From positions 90,026,001 through 90,090,000 of the forward strand of contig NC_086097.1 in NCBI RefSeq assembly GCF_963921235.1: a stretch of DNA of 64,000 nucleotides, written 5' to 3'. Numbering within the stretch: position 1 is the first letter of the stretch; every line of letters begins with the position of its first letter. The position numbers and the translations under genes are program-made. The notes beneath the pieces are model-generated. The model made no database searches. It was not told the origin of the DNA and worked only from the letters and a program-made list of their open reading frames with translations. Origin of the DNA: Mobula hypostoma (lineage: Eukaryota). Positions 39,148 through 51,975 of the stretch are shown piece after piece.

Positions 39148-39880
39148 TACCGGTGCTCCCGGTATGGTCTCCTGTATGTTGGTGAGACCCAACATAGATT
39201 GGAAGACCACTTCACTGAGAATCTTAGCTCCGTTCACCAGAAAAAAACAGGACCTCCCAGTGGCCATCCATTTTAACTCTACTTCCCATTCCCATTCCAA
39301 CATGTCAGTCCGTGGCCTCCTCTACCATCATGATGATGCCACACTCGGGTTGGAGGAGCAACACCTGATATTCCATCTGTGTAGTCTCCAACCAGATGAC
39401 ATGAACATCAAATTCTCAAAGTTCCAGTAATTGCCCCCCCCACCTTCCTCTCATTCACCATTCCTCATTCCTGTTTACCTCTCTCATTTTATCTCTTCAC
39501 CTGCCCATCACCTACCTCTGATGCTCTTTCCCCTTTCTCCTTTTTCCATGGTCTTCTCCTATCAGATTCCCCCTTCTCCCGCCCTTTGTCTCTTTCACCA
39601 GTCAACTTCCCAGCTCTTTACTTCACCCCCCCCTCTGAGTTTCATCTCTCACCTACCATCTTGTACTGCTTCCTCCCTTCCCCGTTCCTTCTCACTCTGA
39701 CTTCTCCCCTTCCTTTCCAGTTCTGATATAGGGTCTCAGCCTGAAACATCAACTGTTTCCTCTTTTCCACTGTTGCTGCCTGGCCTGCTGAATTTCTCCA
39801 GCATCTTAGAAACATAGAAACATAGAAATCTTGTGTGTGTTGCTTTGGATTTCCAGCATCTATAGATTTTCTTGTCTTTG
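39148..39880 (+). mobile_element. Penelope-like element: GIY-YIG endonuclease remnant + UTR + pLTR
   Basis: RCSRYGLLYVGETQHRLEDHF (frameshift) KQDLPVAIHFNS...LEEQHLIFHL..LQPDDMNI; decayed hammerhead at 39718-39755. Confidence 0.85.
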
Positions 39881-40827
39881 TGTTACTGTGATCTTACTGA
39901 TTTTCTGCCTGCTTATCATGAATCTATTTACTTCTACCATGAAAATATCCAAAGGCCCTGCTTTTAAGGACAGGATTTCTAAAGACTCAAGCGCCTGCAA
40001 GAGAGAGAAAAAGAATGCTTCCTCTGTTAAATGGGTGTCCATGAATTTACAGATTGAGAACCTTAGTTCTAAATTCACCTGCATGAGAAAGTACCCTTTC
40101 ACATCTACCAAGTCAAGATCTTTTATGGGAATCCGGAGTCATCTCCTCACTCCCCGAAGCCAGTGAACCAATTACAAGACGTAACAGGAGAACGAAACAC
40201 TATCTGGATGGATGAAGCTTGAGAAAAACACTCAGCTGTCTTCTCGCCTCAGGCAATTTGGTTGTCATAAACAGAGATGCCAAGTCATCAATGTCCATCT
40301 GTCACGATCAGTGACTCCCTCCACAATTTGTGCACGGTGACTTTATTCTGCAACGTGCACATAGTGCAATCCATAATTCAGCAAGGCTGCACTAACAGCA
40401 GTTCTCAAATCTGCAGCATTTAAAAGGTCTAGGGCAGCAGTTGGAAAATCTCCATTTGCAAGCTTCCTTTCAAGTTATACAGCTTCCTGAATTGGATATC
40501 ACTCTCTGTCTATTATTGGAGGTCTTTATCTATGTGCAGAGAGTATGGGAGTATCTTCAATACAGGTAAGAACTGGTTTACTAGTACCTTCTCAAGGAAA
40601 GTTACAAATAGGCAATAAGTACTAACTTTGATGGCAATGCCTATATCCCTTGAACGAATGCACAAGAAACCTTCAAAGAAAGCATGCAAAGGTATCCTGG
40701 CATTAGACTCAGCATAGTCACATGGATCAAAGTTAAGATTCTTTGGCAAAACAACTTCACTAACCCTACTGGAAATCCTCCATTTCACTTAACTCAGCTT
40801 CCTTCTTTACCCCCTATTTACGTCCTG

Positions 40828-41127
40828 GGCGGCATGGCAGCGTAACGGTTAGCACAACGCTTTACAGTATCAGCGGCCTGAGTTCAATTCCTGCCGCTGC
40901 CTGCAAGGAGTTTGCACATTCTCCCTGTGACCACATGGGTTTCCAGCGCGTGCTTTGGTTAAATCCCATATTCCAAAGACGTACCAGTTAGGAGGTTAAT
41001 GCGTCATTGTAAATTGTCCCAGTGATTAGGCTTGGGTTAAATCGGGGGGTCGGGAGTTGTTGGGCAGTGCGGCTCAAAGGGCCAGAAGGGTCTGTTCCGC
41101 GCTGTAAAAATAAATAAATAAATAAAC
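40828..41127 (+). mobile_element. Full-length tRNA-derived SINE (HE1/V-SINE-like)
   Basis: A-box-like tggcagcgtaacgg, B-box gagttcaattcc, V-like core, (aaat)n tail. Confidence 0.8.
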
Positions 41128-42254
41128 TCAGTCTGTGCTTGCAAGAACAATGTCAGTTCCCAACCCACACACTAATTGTTTTCTAGTTCTATAAATGTTT
41201 GATGAGTGTCTCAGAGCATTTCACAAGAGATGAATAACATATGCATGTGATAGGAGCTTGTAGATGCCAAGGGGTTTCCTTCACCTCATACCGTGTCAGG
41301 GGAATATAAGGTGCTGAATAGGAAAATGCCCAGTGCCTTGTCAGCATGAATAGCCATTCACTGTTACAGCAGCAAATTGTCATATTGACATAGGAAATCA
41401 CCAGCTTTACTTCAAAACATCCAGTGCTAAAAGTGGTGGAATATTATCGTGACACTAAATCCATCTAAAAAGAAAGATGACATCTCATTTTCTGCTTTAC
41501 CTTCCGTACAAAAATAAGAATAAAATGTTTAACAGAGTGGTTGAGGAGGAAGGGCCTCTCAGCTCCTGGAACTGGGTTCAGTCCTGTGCTGTCTTGTGCA
41601 GTTAGCTTCTTCTCCACTTGCCTGTGGTTCTCTGCTGGGTTTTCTCCCAAAGACATGCTGCTTGCTGCGAATTACCTCTTCCTGTGGATTTATGACAAAA
41701 GAATTAAAGGGGAGTAGCTGAGCACATGTGAGGCAGAAGGAGTTACAGGGCCTCGGGGGAACGGGACTTGTGTAATTCTCCGCTGGGAGCAGGAAAAGGC
41801 TGATGGGCCAAATGGCTGTAATAAGTGAGTAATCTTTCCAGTGAGTCAACTTTGTATTTGATGAGGTAAGGAAATTCAGCACTGAAGACACGAATATTTC
41901 TTTCCTTTTCAGGCCATCAGTCTGAGTATGTACCCCAAGAGAATATTTGTTCCTTTGGCATGTTCGCCCTTATGGCCTTTGGGAGTATGCACTGTTCTAA
42001 TTGACGCTAACTGTGAATTATGTTTTGAGTTCCCATATGAGATCCCAGATCAGGTTTGGAGTGATGAAGAAGTAGGCCTCAGTTCATCGTGGCTTGGCAG
42101 GAAATCAGCAACACAATTTTTATCCATTATATTTTTTCAGTCTATGAGGAGATTTTAGGTTTAGATTGTACAAAGTGAGTTTCTCTTTACTGCTTCATTG
42201 CAGTAAATAGGAGGGACAAGCCATCTTCTTCCTCGTTCAGTCAGAAGGAGGCCT

Positions 42255-42520
42255 TTATTGAAATACAGTGCAGAACAGGCCCTTCCAGCTCCTCGAGTCA
42301 GGCCCCCCCAACAATCCCCGATTTAACCCTAGTCTAATCACAGGACAATTTACAATGACCAATTAACCTACCAACTAGTACATCTTTGGACTGTGGGAGG
42401 ATACTGGAACACCCGGAGGAAACCCATGTGGTCACTGCCTAACTCCCTTTAGGCAGTGGCGGGAATTGAACCTGGCTTACTGTAAAGCATCGTGTTAGTC
42501 ACTACACCACTGTTCCGCCC
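42255..42520 (-). mobile_element. tRNA-derived SINE, same family as 40828-41127
   Basis: Reverse-complement similarity to that copy, including ggacaatttacaatgaccaattaacc and gggaattgaacc. Confidence 0.75.
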
Positions 42521-43009
42521 CGTGGGAGAGTGCAGGTGCTAGAATCAGGAGCAACAACCGGCATGCTGGAGGAACTCAGTTGGTCAGGCAACATCTGTGG
42601 AGGGAAATGGACAGTCATTGTTTTGGGTCAAGGTCCTTCCTTTGGACTGAAAGAATGAGAGGAGAAGGCCAGTGTAAAGAGGTGGAGGGAAGGGGCATGG
42701 CTGACAGGTGATAGGTGGATCCAGGGGAAGGGGTGATAGACAGATGAGGGAAGGAGAAGAGGAGGAATGATCAGACTCCTTTCCTTGCCAGAGTAGAATG
42801 AATCTTACCAAGAGTCCTCTACCGTCATTCTGACCGTAGTGTACATACAACCAAAGGCAGTGGTTAAGCCAGCATCCAATATATTGAGTGCCATGATTAG
42901 CATACAAGGAACAGCTTAGCATGATGGCTTTCACAACCTTCCTGTGGACTTCAGTTTGGCTTGCAGAAACCACTGCCCAATTACCATCAGCACATCACCT
43001 GCAGAACCA

Positions 43010-45256
43010 GGGGTCCCGAAACACTTAGCCACTACTACACCACCACCAATTGCCGACTCTTCCATCCATGGAATGCATTTTGGAAAATCTGATCAACTAG
43101 CTGCATACAGGCCGAGGCTAAAAGGCAAGGTACCAGAGATAAGGGCAACAAAGAGGTGGCCACAGGAGGCAGAGCAGTGGCCACAGGACTGCTTCGAGGC
43201 GGTGGAATTGGCCATGCTCAGGCACTCATCAGAGAACCTGATTTATTACACCATGATTGCCACAAACTCTATAAGTATACTCATATACAAGTGTATACCC
43301 ACAAAATCCTTCGGAGTCTTTCCCAATCAGAGCCCTAGATGAAGAGATCCTCAATTTTCTGAAGGCCAGATCAATGGTGCTTAGGTTTGGCGACCTAAGA
43401 AAGTATAAGAACTTCAGGTATGGCCTCTGGAAAGCCAGTTCACGTGCCAAGTGGCAATATCAGACCAAATTTGAAACACCGAAGGGTGGTCAACAGCTGT
43501 AGCAGGGGTTGAATGCCGTCACCTTCTATAAAGCAAAACCAGGCAACATAAATGACAACAAGTTTTCACTCCCAGATGAGCTCAATGTCTTTTAAGCTCA
43601 CTTTAACTGATAGAACATGGAAGCACCTTCACAAACCCCCTCAGCCCCCAACAACTCTGTGATTTCTGACTCTGAGGCTGACTTGACAGCATCCTTCAAG
43701 AGGGTAAACCCATGGAAAGCATCTGGCTCAGACAGTGTATGTGGCTGAGTACTAAAGACCTGTGCTAACCAAATACCTGGAATGTTTACTGACATCTTTA
43801 AGCTCTCACTTTGGCAGTCTGAGGTACCTACCTGCTTCAAGCAGGTTTTAATCACACCAGTGCCCAAGAAGAGTGTGCTTCAATGACTACCATCCAGTAG
43901 CACTTACATCCATTGCAATGAAGTTCTTTGAGCAGTTGGTGATGAAGCATATCAACTCATGCCTGAGAAGTGACTTGGATCCACTCCAATTTGCCTACCG
44001 GTGCAACAGGTCAACAGCAGTTGCCATTTCATTGGCTCTCCACTCAGCTTTGGAACATCTGGACAACGAAGATGCATACATCAGGATGCTTTTCATTGAC
44101 TCCAGCTCAGCATTCAACACTCCCATCTCCTCGAAACTAATCACTAAGCTCCAATACCTTCTTGTGCAGCTGGATCCTTGTAAACCCCAGTCAGTACAGA
44201 TTGGCAACATCTCCTCCACAATTAGCTACACTACAAGGCTGTGTGCTTATTCCACTGTTCTACTCCCTTTATACTTATGACTATGAGGCTAGGTACAGCT
44301 CTGATGCCATATTTAAGTTTGCTGACACCACTACTGTTGGCCAAATAAAAGATGATGATGAATCAGCTTGTAAGGGAGAGAGATTGAAATCTGGCTGAAT
44401 GGTTCCACAACAGCAACCTCTCACTCAACGTCAGCAAAACCAACGAGATGATTGTTGACTACAGGATGAAGAAACCGGGGGTCCACGAGCCAGTCCTCAT
44501 TAGAAGACTGGAGGTGGAGAGGGCCAGTAATTTTAAATTGCTGGGCTCAGCATGTAAGTGCCATTTCAAAGGAGACACGATAGCACCTCTACTTCCTTAG
44601 AAGTTTGTATCAATTCAGCATGTTGTCTAAAGCTTTGACAGACATTTAAGAAGCACAGTGGAGAGTATCCTGACTGGTTGCATCATGGCCGAGTACGGAA
44701 ACACCAGGTTCCAAGACCAAAGAAGCCTATAAAAAGTGGTGAATACAACCCAGTTCATCACAGGAAAAGACCTCCCCAGCATTGTACACATCTTCAAAGA
44801 GCACTGCCACAGAAAAGAGGCATCCATCAACAAGGACCCCCATCATTCAGGCCATGTTCTCTTCTTGCTTCAACCATCAGGAAGGAAGTACAGGAGCCTT
44901 AGGACCCACATCATCAGGTTCAGGAACAGTTATTACCTCTCAACCATTAGGCTCCTGAACCAGCACAGACAACTTCACTCACCACAACACTGAACTGATC
45001 ACTGCACACAATCTATGGGCTCACTTTCAAGGACTCTACAACTCATCTTTTCAGTATTATTTATTTACTTTTAGCTTTTTTGGCCACGGTTTGGCTCCTT
45101 TTCCACATCAGTTGCTCATTAGTCTTTGTGTGTAGTTTTGCATTGATTCTATCGTATTTCTTTATTCTACTAAGAATGCCTGCAAGAAAATGAACCTCAG
45201 ATCGCACTTGGTGATGTTTGCATACTTTGATAATAAATTTACTTCGAACTTTGATG
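43010..45256 (+). mobile_element. Long decayed Rex1/Babar LINE (end of endonuclease through RT and 3' UTR)
   Basis: HFGKSD...YRPRLK...[36 protein letters not shown]; tttacttcgaactttga tail. Confidence 0.9.
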
Positions 45257-46236
45257 TCAGAAGCAGAAGACGACAGATGGAAGTGACAAAGGGTTGAAGA
45301 TGACGGTATTCGATAGGAGAGGAAAGTGGAGCACGGAATAGAGGCAAGGAGGCTTGGGGGGGCAACCATGGGGGGAGTGTGTGGGTGACGGGCATTGAGG
45401 AGGGTGATCAAGGAGAAAGAGGGTGGGTGATGGGGGCTGGTGGAACTGAAGGAGATAGAAAACAAAGAAGGGGAAAAGGGGGACGGAGCAGTTTGCGTAT
45501 GTGTCCACCTGCACCCTTTGCTCTCATATTTACCTGCACACGGTTGATGAATCTGTCCATGACAGTAAACAGCAATGGCCACTTTGGTGAGGAAACTGAA
45601 AGGTTCAGATTCCCGTGAATTCAGTGGAGTTTTACATCTCTTGCCTCTGTCAATAACCTGATATATATTGCATCAGGCTTTGGGGACATACACAGTCCTA
45701 ATACCCACCTGATTATATTAAGCCAGCTGTTTGGATATGTGCCCCAGGGCCCTAATGTCTCCTAAATGCTACCAGATTAGGAGCATGATGTCTACACTTT
45801 AACTGAAACATTGAGCACAAGAGACTGCCACTGCACATAACAGGCCATAGTGTATATCCTGAATCTTATTCTTTGACTGGAAGCTGGCCTGATTTCCTGC
45901 TTGGTTCTTTCTCAGCAATGAATGATGTAGAAGAAGCTGCAGCCCTGGATCAGGTAGATTAGCTACTGCTGGGGTAGACAGGTGGGCTAGTGTGATATGC
46001 AATATTTAGGATTAAACACAGTAGAACAGAGAGAAATCTGGGATGATATGAGAACTTGGTGAAAGGTATACACTACCTAGCAATTACAGGGAGGTTTGGT
46101 GAATATGCAGTGTGTTCCAGTTGTGGAAGGGGTCAGTTATTTAGCAGTCCTGGGGAAGGACTCCTGCTCCTTCTTGTCCAAAAGCCGTGCTGGGAGGCCT
46201 CCTAATGACTCTTGCATTGGTTTCCCAAGACGTAGA

Positions 46237-47345
46237 AAACCATATAACCATATAACAATTACAGCACGGAAACAGGTCATCTCGGCCCTTCTAGTCCGTG
46301 CCGAACTCTTACTCTCACCTAGTCCCACCAACCTGCACTCAGCCCATAACCCTCCATTCCTTTCCTAAACTTTTACCCTTTAACTCTCAATTCATGTCCT
46401 TTTGTTTGAAACTCCCCCACTCTCAATGGAAAAAGCCTATCTACGTCAACTCTATCTATCCCCCTCATAATTTTAAATACCTCTATCAAGTCCCCCCTCA
46501 ACCTTCTACGCTCCAAAGAATAAAGACCTAACTTGTTCAACCTTTCTCTGTAACTTAGGAGATGAAATCCATGCAATATTTTAGTAAATCTCCTCTGTAC
46601 TCTCTCAATTTTATTGACATCGTTCCTATAATTTGGTGACCAGAACTGTACACAATACTCCATATTTGGCCTCACCAATACCTTATACAATTTCAACATT
46701 ACATCCCAACTCCTATACTCAATGCTCTGATTTATAAAGGCCAGCATACCAAAAGCGTTCTTCACCACCCTATCCACATGAGATTCCACCTTCAGGGAAC
46801 TATGCACCATTATTCCTAGATCCCTCTGTTCGACTGCATTCTTCAATGCCCTACCATTTACCATGTATGTCCTATTTTGATTAGTCCTACCAAAATGTAG
46901 CACCTCACATTTTTCAGCATTAAACTCCATCTGCCATCTTTCAGCTCACTCTTCTAACTGGTCTAAATCTCTCTGCAAGCTTTGAAAACCTACTTCATTA
47001 ACCACAATGCCACCTATCTTAGTAATATCTGCATATGTACTAATCCAATTTACCACCCCATCATCCAGAGCATTAGATAGATAGATATACTTTATTGATC
47101 CCGAGGGAAATTGGGTTTCGTTACAGCCGCACCAACCAAGAATAGAATATATATGACAAACAACATTGGACCCAACATTGAGGCACTCCACTAGTCACTG
47201 GCCTCCAATCTGACACACAGTTATCCACCACTACTCTCTGGCGTCTCCCATCCAGCCACTGCTGAATCCATTTTACTACTTCGACATTAATGCCTAACGA
47301 TTGAACCTTCCTAACTAACCTCCCGTGTGGAACCTTGTCAAAGGA
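46237..47345 (-). mobile_element. 5'-truncated CR1 LINE with a short (atct)n-tailed LINE tip inserted at ~47073-47150
   Basis: ORF 46373-46930 MEFNAEKCEVLHFG...YCVQFWSP...LERRRLRGDLIE; (tatggtt)-type tail. Confidence 0.9.
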
Positions 47346-47865
47346 ACCAAAAAAATCAGCTGGAAGGACAATAAAATTGGAAGAAAAAAAAACGATGATA
47401 CGCAGTCACGGTGAAAAATTTAAAGGAGCTTCATCCCTCTGGCAACAAGATAGTTATGTGCACCTCAGTCTCATCGTTGGGTGAGTGTGGGGACAAGACT
47501 CCCAGAGCCTGAGATGTTTCAGATGTTAGCATTATGAGCAACCTGTTCCCATCTTTAGGGTTGGTAAGTAGTTTAAATTAAGTTGGTAAATTGGTTTATA
47601 ATTGTCACATGCACCAAGGTACAGTGCACATGTTATCCATACAGAACATTTCATCAAGTCAGTACACTGAGGTAGTACAGGGAAGAGAAATAGCAGAATA
47701 CAGACTGAAGTGTTACAAGGAAAATAACGTGCAGGAAGATCATAAGGTGCTAGGCCACAATGAGGTAGATTGTGAGGTGAAGTGTGCATCTTATCATACA
47801 TGGAGACTATTCAATAGTCTAATAAGAGTAGACTAAAATTAACCTTATTTTTTTCCCACTTCCTA

Positions 47866-48587
47866 ATCAGAATCAGAACCAGGTTTATTATCGCCGGCAT
47901 GTGATGTGAAATTTGTTAACTTAGCAGCAGCAGTTCAATGCAATACATAGCATAGAAGTAGAAGAAAATAATAATATTAAATCGAATCAATCAATTAATT
48001 ACAGTATATGTATATTGAATAGATCAAAAATCATGCAAAAAACTGAAATAATATATATTTAAAAAGTGAGGTAGTGTTCACAGATTCAATGTCCATTTAG
48101 GAATCGGATGGCAGAGGGGAGAAGCTGTTCCTGAATTGCTGAGTGTGTGCCTTCAGGCTTCTGTACCTCCTACCTGATGGTAACAGTGAGAAAAGGGCAT
48201 GCCCTGGGTGCTGGAGGTCCTTAATAATGGATGCTGCCTTTCTGAGACACCGCTCCCTGAAGATGTCCTGGGTACTTTTCAGGCTAGTACCCAAGATGGA
48301 GCCGACTAAATTTACAACCCTCTGCAGCTTCTTTCGGTCCTGTGCAGTAGTCCCCCCCCCCCCCCCCCCGCCATACCAGACAGTGATGCAGCCTGTCAGA
48401 ATGCTCTCCATGGTACATCTATAGAAGTTTTTGAGTGCTTTTGTTGACATACCAAATCTCTTCAAACTCCTAATGAAGTATAATCATTGCCTTGCCTTCT
48501 TTATAACTGCATCGATATGTTGGGACCAGGTTAGATCCTCGGAGATCTTGACACCCAGGAACATGAAACTGCTCACTTCTGATCCTA
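47866..48587 (-). mobile_element. Rex1/Babar LINE 3' portion
   Basis: ORF 48097-48465; (gattct)n tail; close to copies at 54593-55280 and ~19183-19395. Confidence 0.9.
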
Positions 48588-48914
48588 ATCACAATCCCAG
48601 CTGAAAATCTACCTTTAGTTAAGCTCACCTTTAGTCATTGCCCAGATAATCATGGATGTATTCTGCCAGAATGGAAATGTTTTATCAACATGGTAAAATG
48701 CAAGTTTATCTGCTTTCAATAATTTGATCCAAGCTGCTGGTCAGGAAAACTATTCCTCAGTGCTATGGGATATTTTATATCCACCAGGAAGATCAAACAT
48801 GGCTTTAGTGTAACATTCCATCCAAAAGATCAGGCAAGACCCTCAGTGTAGCATTGGGATGATTTGGTTCAGATATAGTCACAAGCTTCTACAGTAGGGC
48901 CTTGAACCTCTACC

Positions 48915-49031
48915 TAGATTAACTGTTCAGAAGGCAGTAACTTGTGCTTGTGTCAGCTATGATTTTATGTTGCAATATAAAGTCATGGCTGACACAAGCA
49001 CAAGTTGTTGTCTTCTGAATTAGTTAATCTA
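48915..49031 (+). repeat. 117-nt near-perfect inverted repeat (candidate RNA hairpin)
   Basis: Arms pair right up to the central TTG|CAA with seven G-U pairs, one bulged U and no other mismatch on the + strand. Confidence 0.85.
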
Positions 49032-51860
49032 AGAGCTAACTGTACCTGAATCTTTCACAGATACATTTGAGGTTTGGAGAAACCAAGAGTGCAGTGAAAC
49101 AATACAACTATTACTTACAATCCATCAGGTGCAAAACCCATTAAAGACTTTGTAGGGAGTCAGCAGGTAAACTCGCGCTTGAGGAAGGATGGACTTTGGT
49201 ATTGATGTCCGTTGAAAGCCGGTTCTTTGTCTCCTTAAAGTTTTATTCACAACCCGTTTCAAAAGCTCATTTCGGTCTCCTTGTCCCAAAGGCTTTTTGT
49301 CAGTGGCTGTTCGTGAATTTACGTACTTTCTCAGATCACAAATGCAAAACATAGCAATGGCAAAAGGTGCACTGTGGTTTTTTATTTACGTGGCACCTTC
49401 CATTATCACAGCTGTACAAATTCAATGCATTGTTGCCTCCTGTGTATTGTATTACTGTACAATCACCATTGCTGAAGACAGATTTTTTTTTTTTAAATTT
49501 TATTTTTATTTGGAAGCACTGGAATAATAATTAGACTATCCATTTTAGTGAAGTGTTTTCCTCTGCTCTTCTTTACAGTGATATTGAGAAATTTTTTTAG
49601 TCATCCTCAAACAGGAGCAGGAGACATGAGCTGTTTAAAAGAAACCAGTTAATTCAGCGAGGAAAATGTTGCCCTTGAGTCACATAGCCACATCCCGCCT
49701 CTATCTTAACCACGATAAACCCTCTGCAAATGTCAACCACAGCTTTTCTCGATAGGCAGAGTGGAGAAGGGCAAGTAATCAGACAGGTTGTTAGCTTGGC
49801 GCTTGGGACACGTCTATCTCGATCAAAGAATTTTTCTGTCTAATTCACTCAGACCATTTGTGTTAGGATAGCCTCTCAGGGTTTTACCCATAGTGCACAG
49901 AACAGAAGCCTAATGAACTCTCAGGTTGCTTTCTGACTTCTGTTCGGGCAGTAGCAGGGTGATGCGTTTGGCTGGGATTTGATGGGTAGGAGAGGAGTGA
50001 AAGAAATAAAAACTATTCCTTTGATTAAGCAGTTGCTTATCCAGTATCACCTATCATACTTGTTTGTGTCTTGATACTCATTTTATGATAGGTTGCACCT
50101 GAAAAGGACGTAACAATGCTCAGCTTTGATTAAGGGGCAATATGAAAGCAAGTTGTGAGGTCAGTCTTACTGCAGAGCTCAGGGTGGTGTCTAGGTGATC
50201 AGGGGAACAGAGAGCTGAAGTGTAAGTAGATCTTAGCTGAGGACTGGATTGGCTCATCCACAATGCCTCCCGTGGTTCAAATGTCCATCAGCCAACAAAA
50301 GGGGAGAGCTGAGGGGCTGGGCCTGTTTCCCCTAGAGTGGGAAAGTTCAGGAAAGGACATTATAGGGGTACATAACATTAAGAGGGATAAAGAAAAGAGA
50401 GACTGCAGGAGTCTTTTCCCTTTAAATAAAACTAGTAGAAGTAGACTTAGGGTAAGAAGAAAGTGAGCTTGAGGGATTAGAAGGGGAACTTTTTTTTTCC
50501 ACACAGAGAATGATAAGCAGCAGAAATGTTCTGCTATGAGAGTGGAGGAAGCAGAGTCACAAACACCATTTATGGGGTGCCTAGATGAGCACTGAAATTT
50601 CCTGGGCATTGAGGACTAAAGGCCAAGACCTGAAAGACTGGATTAATATGGAAGAGTACCCAATGGTTTTCAAAGATTTGGTGGACTAAATAGCTTATTT
50701 CCATGCTCTGTGACTCTGAAGATTATCTGTATGTTAGAGAGTACCCAACTTACAAAAATCTATAACCCATTGAGACCCGGTGGGCACAGGGGAGTAGGGT
50801 GTGTTGGGTTAGGGAAAGCAGTGATACACTTCTGAAGCAATACCAAACTACAGCTTGTTTACTCAGTGTCAAGCATAGGCACTTTTGAATATCCTTGTGA
50901 TCTCCTTCGTAATGCTAGCCCAAGCCCTGTTGAAACTCGACTCAACACTCCTGCAAAGCTATCCGTGACCTCTGTTAAGGTTTGATTTCATTCTCTGGAC
51001 CTGGCTGTCTGCTGCTGAGAAAGTCCTTAATTTTGCACTGATTAAAAATTTACATTCTATGACTTCATTTCTTTGCTCCATTGCTGCTTCGAGCTGCTTG
51101 TCACGTCTGCACTCACCCCAGCCAGGCAGAACTCTTGTCATCACTGTCTGGCCCGTACCATGTACTTTTTAGCTTCCTTCACCAGAAAGGTGGATGACCC
51201 TGGCCACACCACCTTCCCAACAAGTTATTCAGCTCTCCGTTCTCCTGCCATACACCCTGACCACTTAGACATCACTCTGGGATCTACGACTGAGCTTCTC
51301 ACATCTTCCCTCCACATTGTCATAACCACGGACTCTACTGCAGCGTCTAGGAGCCTCCACAGACTCGGCAATAGCGCTTGTGAATATGCATGGTCCAGCT
51401 AACTACTGTCTCATTACGGTGGCATTTAAACTAACTCCCTTCTTTTTGCTGTAGTCTTGTCAAGACTTGAGCAAAGCACATCAACGTTACGCTCCATGCT
51501 TACCTTCATTCTTGTCCGAGAAAGAGGACTGCCGTTTTCAACTGATGCTGGAAATGTGCAGTATTCATTCAGAGTTTTAGTTAACGCCCTTGTTAGCCTA
51601 GCATTTGATTTCCTTTCCCTCCAAGATTCTGCAAAGTTCTCATTAAACTGTGAATTGCTTTCTCTCCGCACTTGGGCCACATCTAAGTGTTCTGACACAT
51701 ATTACCCCTTAGTCAAAGCTGAGCATTGTAATGTGCTTTTCAGGTGCAGTCTATCATTACACAAACACGAGGAAATCTGCAGATGCTGGAATTTCAAGCA
51801 ACACACATAAAAGTTGCTGGTGAATGCAGCAGGCCAGGCAGCATCTCTAGGAAGAGGTAC

Positions 51861-51896
51861 AGTCGACGTTTCGGGCTAAGACCCTTCGTCAGGACT
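51861..51896 (-). ncRNA. Minimal type I hammerhead ribozyme motif (Penelope type)
   Basis: Reverse strand reads AGUC-CUGACGA-AGGGUCUUAGCCC-GAAAC-GUC-GACU: helix I AGUC/GACU, intact core, ACGU palindrome in place of helix III, GUC cleavage triplet. Confidence 0.75.
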
Positions 51897-51939
51897 AACT
51901 GAAAGAAGAGCTAGTAAGAGAGCTAACTGAAAGAAGATT

Positions 51940-51975
51940 AGTCCTGACGAAGGGTCTCGGCCTGAAACGTCGACT
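51940..51975 (+). ncRNA. Minimal type I hammerhead ribozyme motif (Penelope type)
   Basis: AGUC-CUGACGA-AGG(GUCUCGG)CCU-GAAAC-GUC-GACU; all core nucleotides present. Confidence 0.8.

Noticed and set aside
40828..40900. tRNA gene
   Set aside because: A/B-box-like head is followed by SINE body and tail; no complete cloverleaf.
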